Shown in pieces: positions 9,989-18,820 of a DNA stretch of 64,000 nt (positions are counted from its first letter, which is position 1; each line of letters opens with the position of its first letter). This DNA comes from Chloroflexota bacterium (lineage in GTDB: Bacteria; Chloroflexota; Anaerolineae; Anaerolineales; UBA4823). The notes beneath the pieces are model-generated. The model saw nothing but the letters and a program-made list of their open reading frames with translations, ran no database searches and had not been told where the DNA came from. Position numbers and translations under genes: made by a program. The DNA lies in assembly GCA_029265355.1 (NCBI GenBank), contig JAJUJL010000002.1, positions 152,879 to 216,878 on the forward strand, read 5' to 3'.

Positions 9989-10573
9989 TCAATTCCACAG
10001 CTTACGAACGAAATAGGCGAGGGCGTATCCCCCACCAAACACGGCGAACATGAAAGCCCAGCTTCCGACAGACAGCACCGCACCGCCAGACAATGCCTGT
10101 CCGGACGTGCAACCGCGAGCCAGGCGCGCGCCATAACCCATGATTGCGCCTCCGACGAAAGCCCAAAACCAACGCTGGCGATTCGAAATGTTAGGGCCTT
10201 TGCCGGTGGTGAATTTCACTCGACCGTTCAGCCACCCGGAAGTGAAACCGCCAATCAGGGTGCCAATGGCAATGAACACAACCCAGTTATCCAGCGGATT
10301 CTTTTCTCCGCCTGCCATGCTCAGTAAGTAGGGCACACGGTCGATGTGTTCGGGCGCGACCAGGTCTTCGAAATAGACGACAATGCGATTCAGCCCGCCC
10401 GAAGCGCCCAGTCCATTGCCGGTCAGGAAGAACGCCAGGAAGAGGATGACGCCCAGGATCGCGCCTCCGAAGTAGGGGTTGACGTAGGGCTTCTCTGCGC
10501 GCCGGGCAAAGACGGCAGCCAGGGAGAATTTCCGATTTTCCACTTTAGCTTGTGTTCGAGTGAGCGTGCTCAT
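9989..10573 (-). CDS. YeeE/YedE (PmpA-like) sulfur-compound transporter half
   Basis: NPYFGG, GLGASGG and GYGARLARGCTSGQALSG motifs. Confidence 0.9.
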   Translation of the reverse strand: MSTLTRTQAKVENRKFSLAAVFARRAEKPYVNPYFGGAILGVILFLAFFLTGNGLGASGGLNRIVVYFEDLVAPEHIDRVPYLLSMAGGEKNPLDNWVVFIAIGTLIGGFTSGWLNGRVKFTTGKGPNISNRQRWFWAFVGGAIMGYGARLARGCTSGQALSGGAVLSVGSWAFMFAVFGGGYALAYFVRKLWN

Positions 10574-13335
10574 GCTTCTACGGTCTCCTCAACAGGGTGA
10601 TAGACTTCCACCTCATCCCAGCCCATCATCATGGCTTTGATTGCCGCGAGGGGCTCGTGACCGGTGGTGGTCAGGTACACGTGTCCAACGATGAAAGATG
10701 CAAACAGCCAGGCGATCAAGCTGTGGAAAGGCGCCAGGAATGGTAGGCCTCCCAAGCGGGCAGCCACATCAGGCCAATGCTGCACTCCCCACATCAGTGC
10801 GCCGGTGACCACCTGGAGCGGTAAGAGAACATTCAATATCCCGAAATAGGTGACCTGCTGGAGTGGATTGAGCTTCTTTTCGGGTGTTTTCTCGAAAGGA
10901 TGTTCGGCCCCCTTGAAAATCCCTCTCAGGTAATACAGGGCTTGCTGAATCGCCTGATCCATAAAACCATACGGGCGGGGGATATACTGGCGGATTTCAC
11001 CGCTCACCAGATGGTAGAAAAGGGAGAGCGCCGCATTCACCAGCAGAATCACTGCCAGGATATTGTGCACGATGACCACGCCGGAGAAGCTGAAGATGCC
11101 AAAAGTCGCCGGTTTGTGGATGATCAGGCCGGTGAACAGCAGCAGTATGATGGTAAAAGTTTGCAGCCAGTGCCAGAGGCGTTCATAGACGGTGTACATG
11201 TACACGGTTTTTAGCTCTGGCGTGTGGCGAGGCCGTTTCAGGCTGGTATAGAAGCGCAACCCGCCGTGGGCTGTGATGCCCAGTAAAGTGCCCATGAAAA
11301 ATAGGGATCCCAACAAGTCAACCCAAGCTACAGCATTATGGCCGAAGATATAGACACCCTCCTGGCTGGTATCCGGCTGGTAGATCAACTCACCATTCTC
11401 GAGCAGCAGGATATCACCGCTAGCCTGGGTATTGGTGGATTGAACGAATTCAGGCATCACATTGCCGGGCACATAGCTAGCCAGGGTGAAAGGTTGGGTG
11501 AGGCGCGAATCGTTTGTGTGGCAGGCGCGGCAGTCTTTGGTTGCCCAATCGCCGGCAGCCACAGTGTGATTGATGCTGTAAGGTTGCACCTCGCCGACGA
11601 TGCGAGGATTGTCTAATCCCAAGGTTTGCAACCGGTTGGAAATTAATGTCTCTTTTTCCGGGGTATCGATGCGAAGTTCAACCGGGTTCAACTCGCCATC
11701 ACCATCCTGGTCGAAGAGCGCCAGGACTTCGGGAGCGTACTCATCCCCTACCAGCCAGGCAGCCATGAGGTCTATCTGACGTACCGGGCGAGCCGGCTCG
11801 CCGTAGACCCAAAACCAGGACGTGATCAGGTTGTAAGGGGCGAGCTGAACATTACCATCAATGTTCTTGCGCGGCAAGATAACGGGTTCGAATCCCTTGA
11901 TCAGGGCTTTCAGGGATCCGCTTTCGCCTTCGACGCCGCGGCAGGCAGTGCTGGCGTGCCCGTCTGTTCTTACAACCGTCCAGTCAAACTGCTGGTAGGC
12001 GGTAGAGTAAATCTTCTGCACATGGCAGGTTTCGCAGCTCAAGGCGCGCACGTGGCTTTCTTTATATGGCAGCCAATCGTGAGTATTCTCGATACTGTGG
12101 CAGGACTCGCATGAGCGCATCGTGCCTTTGAGCTCCGGCGCTACGGTGCTTTGCGCAGATTGTCCACGGGCAAATTGATGAAGCGGTTGGTACAGATACT
12201 CGCCCAGTTCCAGCCGGCGAGGATCGAAGGTCAGGTAATCCGGCTGGCTGTTAGCGTCGGCCTGGTAATACACCGGGTTATTCAAGGAAAAGTGGCAATC
12301 TGTGCAGGTCACCTGTCGTTCGGCATGAATATCCCAACTGCGATCCAGGCTTACCTTATTGGCCAGGTTCATACCCGAATCAGCCATGCGTTGTGGCGAG
12401 ATGATCTGACCGCTGGTTTGAGTGCGATATTGATCCGGTTTGCAGCCGGTGGTCAACAATGGATCCTGCAAGTCATCGTGCACCAATCCATGACACAAAC
12501 CACAGTTTTCGTTGGTTGGATCTTGAATGGTGACGTACTCACTTTTCAGCTTGCCATCTTTATCGAAAGCTTCAGCATTCCAGGTATAGGTAGCGCCTTG
12601 CTGCTCCACCAGGCCGCTGCCCAGCAAAGTGGCGGTGTTGGCCCAGCGAAATAATCCATCCCTCAGCGCCTGAGCTCGAGCGGCAGCGTTTGGCTCGGGG
12701 ATATGGCATAGGAAGCAGTTCATCTCCACAACCCCCGATTCACTCCAGTTCCAGGGCACCGCCTGACCGGTGCGCGCATCGAGAATGCTGGCCTCTGGAT
12801 TTGACGCCGAAGGTGACAGGTTTAACAGGGAAGCCTGGTTGCGGTCCCGCACCGCTGGTCCACCGCCCACGTGGCGTATGCCCTGGGTCATGATCCACTC
12901 TGCGGTGCTCAGATCCAAGCGTTCATCGCCTGGAGGCGTCAGATAGCGATAAAAAAGCGGATTCCACTTACCAAAGTAGCCCGTACTGGTATCCCACTCA
13001 CGAAAGCCATCTTTCTGACCGGGCGAGAACATCTCGTCCAACCCCACCCAGGCGTGATAGCTGTGCTGCTCGATGAAATCTGTGTCGTGGCAGGTTCCAC
13101 ATGTTTTCATCGTCGAGACTGGTTTGCCGCTCAGGAGCACATTTTGACCTGCTTCATCCAGGATTTCAAAGGTAGGATGCAGCGGAGAGGTTGGCGGGTT
13201 ATCAACCTGAGCAGGGCTGGCAAATACTGCCTGGTGGTTAAGCAGCGCAGTTGCTAACAGGATGCTCCCGAAGGCGAGCAAAACAAGCGATGTTCTCCGA
13301 AAGTTGATTCTCTTGAAGTAAGCGTGTTGGAACAT
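10570..13335 (-). CDS. Heptaheme Otr-like cytochrome c fused to a diheme cytochrome b (FdnI/HyaC-like) domain
   Basis: Seven CxxCH motifs (CGTCH, CFLCH, CGLCH, CTDCH, CESCH, CETCH, CRACH). C-terminal ERLWHW, HNIL, NPLQQ, HSLIAW and GHVY cytochrome b motifs. Confidence 0.85.
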   Translation of the reverse strand: MFQHAYFKRINFRRTSLVLLAFGSILLATALLNHQAVFASPAQVDNPPTSPLHPTFEILDEAGQNVLLSGKPVSTMKTCGTCHDTDFIEQHSYHAWVGLDEMFSPGQKDGFREWDTSTGYFGKWNPLFYRYLTPPGDERLDLSTAEWIMTQGIRHVGGGPAVRDRNQASLLNLSPSASNPEASILDARTGQAVPWNWSESGVVEMNCFLCHIPEPNAAARAQALRDGLFRWANTATLLGSGLVEQQGATYTWNAEAFDKDGKLKSEYVTIQDPTNENCGLCHGLVHDDLQDPLLTTGCKPDQYRTQTSGQIISPQRMADSGMNLANKVSLDRSWDIHAERQVTCTDCHFSLNNPVYYQADANSQPDYLTFDPRRLELGEYLYQPLHQFARGQSAQSTVAPELKGTMRSCESCHSIENTHDWLPYKESHVRALSCETCHVQKIYSTAYQQFDWTVVRTDGHASTACRGVEGESGSLKALIKGFEPVILPRKNIDGNVQLAPYNLITSWFWVYGEPARPVRQIDLMAAWLVGDEYAPEVLALFDQDGDGELNPVELRIDTPEKETLISNRLQTLGLDNPRIVGEVQPYSINHTVAAGDWATKDCRACHTNDSRLTQPFTLASYVPGNVMPEFVQSTNTQASGDILLLENGELIYQPDTSQEGVYIFGHNAVAWVDLLGSLFFMGTLLGITAHGGLRFYTSLKRPRHTPELKTVYMYTVYERLWHWLQTFTIILLLFTGLIIHKPATFGIFSFSGVVIVHNILAVILLVNAALSLFYHLVSGEIRQYIPRPYGFMDQAIQQALYYLRGIFKGAEHPFEKTPEKKLNPLQQVTYFGILNVLLPLQVVTGALMWGVQHWPDVAARLGGLPFLAPFHSLIAWLFASFIVGHVYLTTTGHEPLAAIKAMMMGWDEVEVYHPVEETVEA

Positions 13336-13338
13336 GTC

Positions 13339-14793
13339 TCATTTTCCTGCACTGATGGTTAATCCGGTGTTGAGGTCACGACCGCCCCACTCAAGGGGAT
13401 CGCCTGGGTAACCGAGAGCCTGCCAATCGAGACGGCCATTCGGACCATGGCAAGATTCGCACTGTAGAGCGCGTTCCTTCGGGGCAACGAGGTGCGTGAT
13501 TGGCCAGTACATCTCAGTCTCGGCGAAGCCGTATTGGCCGCTGAACTCGATCCCGATGGCTTTCGATCCAGCCTCGAGGGCGCTTTTCCAATCGAAGGTG
13601 GTCCAGAAGCCGCCCTCGCCAACCGTCTTGGGCTGGAGCAAGTAGTTGTACACCGTATCGTAAGGCTGCCTGGCGCGGTGGACTTTGAAGGGAAAGATCT
13701 TGGCGTTGGGATCATGGATATCCCCAGCGATCTGGTTGATGACTGTTGGCTTAGAAGGATCGATGATGTCGCCAACAATGTAACGGGTTTCCATACCGCT
13801 GAACCAGTAATACTCCGGGACCAGATTTTTCTCGTAAATAAATGATCCCTTGATCTTGAGGTATTCATGAGGGTCTTCTGGAAGATCCTGACCGGCGGTT
13901 GACCAATCCCAGTCAACCTTGGTGGGATCCTTGATCGCCCCATAAGGGATGTGGCAAGTCTGGCAAGCCACCGAAGAAGTGTGGTTATTGAGGCGCTCAT
14001 CCGCATGAGGGGTGGCGATGTGGCAGTCAGTGCAATAAATCTGGTTTTCGAGGGTAATGCTGGTCGATAAGGCGCGTCCGCTGACCAGATGGTCTTTCGT
14101 TTGGTGACAGTCGATGCAGATGAAATTATTCTTGCCCATGTGGACATCCAACTCGTCCGTGGGATTGTACAAATGTTCGTCCAAATCGGCGTGTTTTACG
14201 CCATTGCCACCGCCGCCATCGAAATGGCAACTGCCACAGTTATCTCGAGAAGGAGTCGTAACGCTTTGAGCAGCGGCTGCCAAATCCACGCCTTCAGCGG
14301 GTAAGCCGCTTTTTGATTTCACATAAAGACCCGAAGAGTCATGACATACCAGGCAGTCAACGAGCTCCTGGTTTGTGAAATCGAAGCTCTCATCCGACCA
14401 CCCATACCCGGCGTGGCAAGTGGTGCACCCGGGCCAGTTAGAGCGTATACCCAGGCAGAAGTTGTTGAGCGAGTTCTTCTTTCCGATGGTGACCGGTTCA
14501 GATCGGCCGGGAAGCATAACCGGATCGCTTTCCCAGGTCCAGTGAGTAGTTTTCATCAGGTCGGAAGCGGCATCGGGATGGCATTCGAGGCAAGCCCGAG
14601 TTACGTCGGATGGATTCTCGAAAGGCCCTGGCAGCAAAGCAGTATGATCAGTGTGCGGTGGCCTCACCGGTACGTGCGCCCAAGGATCATCTTTTGGTGC
14701 AGTGTCCTTCGGCCAAAAGATGACCAGGGGGATAGTGATGATTGCCAGCGTCACGACCAAGCCAACAACCCAAATGAAACGAAAGTTTTTCAT
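13339..14793 (-). CDS. otr: Octaheme tetrathionate reductase (Otr) family cytochrome c
   Basis: N-terminal TM anchor and eight CxxCH motifs. HWTW, GKKNSLNNFC...CTTCHAGYGW, CGSCHFDGGGGNGVKHADL and VACQTCHIP are Otr signatures. Confidence 0.9.
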   Translation of the reverse strand: MKNFRFIWVVGLVVTLAIITIPLVIFWPKDTAPKDDPWAHVPVRPPHTDHTALLPGPFENPSDVTRACLECHPDAASDLMKTTHWTWESDPVMLPGRSEPVTIGKKNSLNNFCLGIRSNWPGCTTCHAGYGWSDESFDFTNQELVDCLVCHDSSGLYVKSKSGLPAEGVDLAAAAQSVTTPSRDNCGSCHFDGGGGNGVKHADLDEHLYNPTDELDVHMGKNNFICIDCHQTKDHLVSGRALSTSITLENQIYCTDCHIATPHADERLNNHTSSVACQTCHIPYGAIKDPTKVDWDWSTAGQDLPEDPHEYLKIKGSFIYEKNLVPEYYWFSGMETRYIVGDIIDPSKPTVINQIAGDIHDPNAKIFPFKVHRARQPYDTVYNYLLQPKTVGEGGFWTTFDWKSALEAGSKAIGIEFSGQYGFAETEMYWPITHLVAPKERALQCESCHGPNGRLDWQALGYPGDPLEWGGRDLNTGLTISAGK

Positions 14794-14835
14794 ATTTTCA
14801 GCCTTCTCTTCGAAAATTTGGATTTCAGGATGTTG

Positions 14836-15177
14836 TCAATCAATTGAAGGATCGCCAATCAGGCTGGCGCGATAGTGTATCCGGTCGCGGAGCACTCCGC
14901 GGAGCAGATCCAATGCCTGGATCAAGCGGTCATCGGTCAAGCGATACTCAACACAGGCGCCATTACGCACGGCTCTCACAAGGCCGCGCTCCCGAAGCAC
15001 TTTCAGATGGCGAGAGGCAGCGGGTTGGCTGATGCCGACCTGGTTTGCCAGGTCGCTGACGTTGAGGGTATTTTCCGACATGGCATACAGCATCAAAATA
15101 CGGCGCGGATCCGCCAAGGCCGAGCAGATGTCAGCATGCAGTTCGGTGATTTCCTGAGAAAGAAAGGCGTTATCCAT
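14836..15177 (-). CDS. ArsR/SmtB family repressor (copy 1, heads the otr operon)
   Basis: ICSALADPRRILML...SQPAASRHLKVLR winged HTH. Confidence 0.92.
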   Translation of the reverse strand: MDNAFLSQEITELHADICSALADPRRILMLYAMSENTLNVSDLANQVGISQPAASRHLKVLRERGLVRAVRNGACVEYRLTDDRLIQALDLLRGVLRDRIHYRASLIGDPSID

Positions 15178-15191
15178 AAAGAAATTCTATG

Positions 15192-15209
15192 TATTCGTAT
15201 AAGTGAATA
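15192..15209. promoter_or_regulatory. ArsR operator, ATTC-N8-GAAT (SqrR/BigR-type box)
   Basis: TATTC GTATAAGT GAATA just upstream of the arsR start, and a minus-strand TACAAT at 15225-15230. Confidence 0.6.
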
Positions 15210-15253
15210 AATGTATTTGTGAAGATTGTAATATTCGACCACGGTGTCCTATT

Positions 15254-15291
15254 AGTGTAAACTGTCACATAGAATTGTGACGAATGTCACA
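15254..15291. promoter_or_regulatory. Tandem CRP/Rex-like palindromes
   Basis: TGTGA-CGAATG-TCACA (15276-15291) and AGTGT-AAACTG-TCACA (15254-15269), 22 bp apart. Confidence 0.55.
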
Positions 15292-15311
15292 TGGTTAATC
15301 GGAGATTAATT

Positions 15312-15349
15312 AAAAAATCTCGGCTGGACAACATCGCGCCAGCCGAGAT
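15312..15349 (-). terminator. Terminator of the arsR-sqr-DUF1641-tusE-dsrE operon
   Basis: ATCTCGGCTGG...CCAGCCGAGAT stem with a T6 tract on the minus strand. Confidence 0.8.
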
Positions 15350-15370
15350 CAATGAGGCGAAACTTCAGGG

Positions 15371-15880
15371 TTATATGAACAGCGTCTGTGCGCCGTCGGC
15401 AATCTCGAGAAATTCCATCGCCCCCAGAACCTCTGCGCCGTCGACCAGGTCCTGCTTGGTCAGCTTCATCATATCCATGGACATTTTGCAGCCATAGACG
15501 CAGGCGCCCGAATCCATGATCACCTGGACAAATTCATCTACCGGCGGAAAATCCAGCTTGGCGATTTCGCGGCGCATCATCCAGGAGGCTGCAGCAGACA
15601 TGCCTGGCAGCGCTCCCAACAGGGTAGGGATGTGGAACCAGGGATGCATGTTGGGGTTGCCGACGGTAGCAACGCGCAAGTGTTTGTTCTTGGATTTGGT
15701 GATGATATCTAATCCCCAGAAGGTGAAGAACACATGCGTTTCGATACCGCTCATGCGGGCAGCGTTTGCCAGAATGAGGGGCGGGTAAGCCATATCCAGC
15801 GAGCCTTTCGAAGCGATCAGGCACAGCTTACGATGGCTGTTCCCGTTGCCGCCGAGATTGGGAAAGTTTGGAAGAGACAT
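15371..15880 (-). CDS. DsrE2 (DsrE/F/DrsH-like) sulfurtransferase
   Basis: SKGSLDMAYPPLILA, FFTFWGLD and YGCKMSMDMM motifs. Confidence 0.9.
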   Translation of the reverse strand: MSLPNFPNLGGNGNSHRKLCLIASKGSLDMAYPPLILANAARMSGIETHVFFTFWGLDIITKSKNKHLRVATVGNPNMHPWFHIPTLLGALPGMSAAASWMMRREIAKLDFPPVDEFVQVIMDSGACVYGCKMSMDMMKLTKQDLVDGAEVLGAMEFLEIADGAQTLFI

Positions 15881-15908
15881 CGCAACACCTCTTTATCGGA
15901 GTAGAGAA

Positions 15909-16226
15909 CTAAATACAACCGGTTGGTTTTCCCAGCCCTGCAATGCGGGCAGCGGTTTTGGCCGGCCCACCTGGAAAAAGCTGGTAAATTTCCTTGGTAT
16001 CCACCGGAGTGGACTTGGTGATCTTGCGCAGCGTGGGCGGTTGACCGGTTGCTGCAAATTCCTGGCGGGCGAAATTGATCACGAGCCAGTGCCGATCGGT
16101 GAGGGTAATTCCCAACGCCTGGGCGATGGCCGAGCCGATTTCAGGCGTCCATGCATTGGGGTCCGTCATAAAGCCTTCGGCATCGAACTCAACGGATTGA
16201 AGAAGGGGTGAAATTTGATTTGTCAT
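15909..16226 (-). CDS. TusE/DsrC/DsvC-family sulfur relay protein with a single C-terminal Cys
   Basis: DAEGFM, LTDRHW and LFPGGPAKTAARIAGLGKPTGCI. Confidence 0.92.
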   Translation of the reverse strand: MTNQISPLLQSVEFDAEGFMTDPNAWTPEIGSAIAQALGITLTDRHWLVINFARQEFAATGQPPTLRKITKSTPVDTKEIYQLFPGGPAKTAARIAGLGKPTGCI

Positions 16227-16261
16227 CTTGTCCTCTCTTACGGTGTATAGGGGTTACTCAT

Positions 16262-17017
16262 TCAGTTTTGCGAGATGCTGGGTTGATCTGCCAAGGCGCG
16301 TACTAAATTCAACAGCCTGGCGAGACCTTTGCGCACCTTAGGGTCCGATAGATCGCGCACTAAAGAGATCAATGAGATGTTTTTCTCGGGCGCTGGAGTC
16401 TCTTGCAAGGCTTGCAGCGCGTGATTGGTCATCGCCATGATTTCGGGCTGGGTCAAATTTCTCACAGTGGATAGAATCGTGACGATGTTATCGCCGAGGG
16501 CGTTCACATCTTGTTCGTCAAACTCTTCGACAATGCGCTCGACGATTTTCCAACTGCTACGGGCGAATGCGAAGTAGCCTTTGCGCTCCAGGCGATCCAG
16601 CTCGAGCGTGGCCTGTTGGAAAACCTGGCGTGTCATGACCTGCAGTTCATCGCTGAGTTCAACCATGCCCTCGATGCGGTCGAGCAAGTTGACCAGCAGG
16701 TGTGTATCGCGCAGCAATCGTTTGAGCAGGAACAGAATGTCTTCCAGGCTGAACTCCGCGCCGACCTCAGCCAGCTCGTCGATCGAGAGCTTGATCAGGT
16801 GGTTGGCGATGGGGACGAGATCATTTTTTAGTTCATCGAATTCCTGCTGGCGCTGGACCTGGATCTCCGCCTGGCTAACCAGGTAATCCAGCTTCTTGTG
16901 CAAGCTGTCTTGTTCATTGTTAGCCATTTCCAACGCCTGGATCCGCTCTTGTTGGAGGGTAACCAGGGTGGTCAGGGCATCGATTTTTTGATGAAGCAAA
17001 CTGATATCGCTGTCCAT
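16262..17017 (-). CDS. DUF1641-domain coiled-coil protein
   Basis: C-terminal SLISLVRDLSDPKVRKGL motif; typical neighbour of type III SQR. Confidence 0.75.
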   Translation of the reverse strand: MDSDISLLHQKIDALTTLVTLQQERIQALEMANNEQDSLHKKLDYLVSQAEIQVQRQQEFDELKNDLVPIANHLIKLSIDELAEVGAEFSLEDILFLLKRLLRDTHLLVNLLDRIEGMVELSDELQVMTRQVFQQATLELDRLERKGYFAFARSSWKIVERIVEEFDEQDVNALGDNIVTILSTVRNLTQPEIMAMTNHALQALQETPAPEKNISLISLVRDLSDPKVRKGLARLLNLVRALADQPSISQN

Positions 17018-17026
17018 GCCTGCCTC

Positions 17027-18259
17027 TTATGACCACTTGCCCGCCATCGACATTTGGGACTCGAAAGGCATCTCTTCGCCCTTGAGCAGCACATTCCAAT
17101 AAATCCAACGGAACATCATCTTTCCCCAGTGATTTACCGGAGACTCCTTGAGCAAAGAGAATGGTCCAAATCCGGGGAGGGGGAATTTTCCTGGTAAAGG
17201 CTCTACGTCATAATTAAAATCAATCAGGATGCCTTTCTCGAAACCCGACTCGATGAAACAATTGGCGTGCCCGTCGAATTTTGGCAGCGGATCCAAACCT
17301 TCCATGTGCCTGAGCAGATTCTCGATCAGGATTTCCAATTGGAAGTGGGCAACTGAGCCAGCTTTTGATGTGGGCGCGTTGCTGGCATCGCCGATCACCC
17401 ACACATTTTCCCAGCGCTGAGATTGGAGCGTGTGTTTATTGACCGGCACATAGTTGAGCTCATCTCCCATCCCAGAGCGTTCGATCACATCTGCGCCCAT
17501 GTTGGTGGGAACGGTGACCAGGACATCGTAGGGAATCTCACGGTTGTCGTAAGAACGGATTAAATTGTTACCAGCATCGACTTCCATGATATTGAACTCG
17601 GATTCCAATCGAATCTGGCGCTCGGAAAGCATGTTGCCCAGGATGGCAGAAGCGCGCGGTTTGGTGAAGGCGCCTGGAAGGGGTGTGGCAAAGATGATCT
17701 CGACTTTGTCGCGTATCCCGCGTTGGTGGAAGAACCAATCGGCCAGGAAGATGAATTCCAGGGGGGCCACAGGGCATTTGATGGGCATCTCAACTACGTT
17801 GACGACCATGCGGCCGCCCTTCCAGAACTTGAGGAAGCGATTTAAAGCAGTGGCGCCATCTACCGAGTAAAAATCGAAAACATTTTTCCGCCACCCGCCA
17901 TCAACCATTCCAGGTGTTTCCTCGGGAACCAGGTGTGTACCCGTGGCGATTACCAGGTAATCATAGTGGATCACGCGATTTTGTCGCGTCAGGCGCACGC
18001 GGTTTTCATCGGGCTCGATCAGTTCGATATCAGAGAAAATCATTTCCACCTGCGGGGGCAGGAAATTGCGCTTGGGCTTGATCACATCGCCAGAAGTGTA
18101 AATGCCAAAGGGGATGAATAAGAACCCGGGTTGGTAATAATGGTTTTCATCTCGGTCGACGATGATGATTTTCCATTCAGTGGGATCCAGGTGGCGCGCC
18201 ATCTGGTTGGCAGTCATCGTTCCACCCGTGCCAGCGCCGAGAATCAGCAAGGTTTTCAT
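17027..18259 (-). CDS. sqr: Sulfide:quinone oxidoreductase, type III-like
   Basis: ILGAGTGG FAD motif, YQPG, KCPVAPLE, IGDASNAPTSKAGSVAH, FDGHANCFIESG and HWGK. Confidence 0.9.
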   Translation of the reverse strand: MKTLLILGAGTGGTMTANQMARHLDPTEWKIIIVDRDENHYYQPGFLFIPFGIYTSGDVIKPKRNFLPPQVEMIFSDIELIEPDENRVRLTRQNRVIHYDYLVIATGTHLVPEETPGMVDGGWRKNVFDFYSVDGATALNRFLKFWKGGRMVVNVVEMPIKCPVAPLEFIFLADWFFHQRGIRDKVEIIFATPLPGAFTKPRASAILGNMLSERQIRLESEFNIMEVDAGNNLIRSYDNREIPYDVLVTVPTNMGADVIERSGMGDELNYVPVNKHTLQSQRWENVWVIGDASNAPTSKAGSVAHFQLEILIENLLRHMEGLDPLPKFDGHANCFIESGFEKGILIDFNYDVEPLPGKFPLPGFGPFSLLKESPVNHWGKMMFRWIYWNVLLKGEEMPFESQMSMAGKWS

Positions 18260-18279
18260 GGATTGTTCCTTTCTACCAG

Positions 18280-18624
18280 TTAGCTTTGTTCCAGAACCGA
18301 AGAGGCTAATTCTCCTTGACTGCGTAGCTTATCTGCAAGAATTGACCTGAGCAGATCCAGCGCCTGAATGGCTCGATCATCTGCCAGGGTGTAGATGACC
18401 GACTGCCCGTCCCGTTGGGGACTGACCATACCACACGAGCGAAGGATGTTGAGATGCCGTGAGGCCGCCGGTTGACTGATGCCCAGTTCGACCGCCAAGT
18501 CGCTGACATTGTAGGGATGGTCTTTCAAGGCATACAGAATGAGGATACGGCGGGGATCAGCCAGGGCTGAGCAGAACTCGGCGTGCAAATGGGTAATTTC
18601 TTGCGTGAGACTGGGTGTAATCAT
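18280..18624 (-). CDS. ArsR/SmtB family repressor (copy 2, heads the sqr operon)
   Basis: FCSALADPRRILIL...SQPAASRHLNILR. AGAGG SD favours ATG 18624. Confidence 0.92.
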   Translation of the reverse strand: MITPSLTQEITHLHAEFCSALADPRRILILYALKDHPYNVSDLAVELGISQPAASRHLNILRSCGMVSPQRDGQSVIYTLADDRAIQALDLLRSILADKLRSQGELASSVLEQS

Positions 18625-18643
18625 TCGGGACACCTCTTGTAAT

Positions 18644-18720
18644 TATGCGGAAACTCGAATACTATGAATTGTGAATATGATAAATCTGTGAGATGTTTCA
18701 CAATAGTGTCATTTGTCATA
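18644..18720. promoter_or_regulatory. ArsR box plus CRP/Rex-like palindromes upstream of the sqr operon
   Basis: TATGC-GGAAACTC-GAATA (18644-18661), TGTGA-GATGTT-TCACA (18687-18702) and AGTGT-CATTTG-TCATA (18705-18720). Confidence 0.55.
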
Positions 18721-18760
18721 AACAATCATATTACATGTCATCAATTTCGCTTCGCTCCTG

Positions 18761-18791
18761 AAAAAAAACACCCGGCTGACAAGACCGGGTG
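18761..18791 (-). terminator. Rho-independent terminator
   Basis: CACCCGG-loop-CCGGGTG with a T8 tract on the minus strand. Confidence 0.75.
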
Positions 18792-18820
18792 GTTTAGGTG
18801 ATGAGGTGAGGTGGGGTATT

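Noticed and set aside
13333-13341. The otr stop TGA is in frame with the next gene (AAA TGA GAC ATG), so readthrough could fuse them
   Set aside because: The downstream protein has its own signal peptide, no SECIS-like hairpin is evident, and the position is not a Cys-like site.
13359-14147. Long alternative-frame and antisense ORFs (for example 13359-14147, 29936-30673, 43742-44521, 45084-45848)
   Set aside because: These are shadow ORFs of well-supported genes in GC-rich sequence, with no motifs or SD.
15909-16226. dsrC as a marker of dissimilatory sulfate/sulfite reduction
   Set aside because: It lacks the second conserved Cys, and no dsrAB or dsrMK is in the window.
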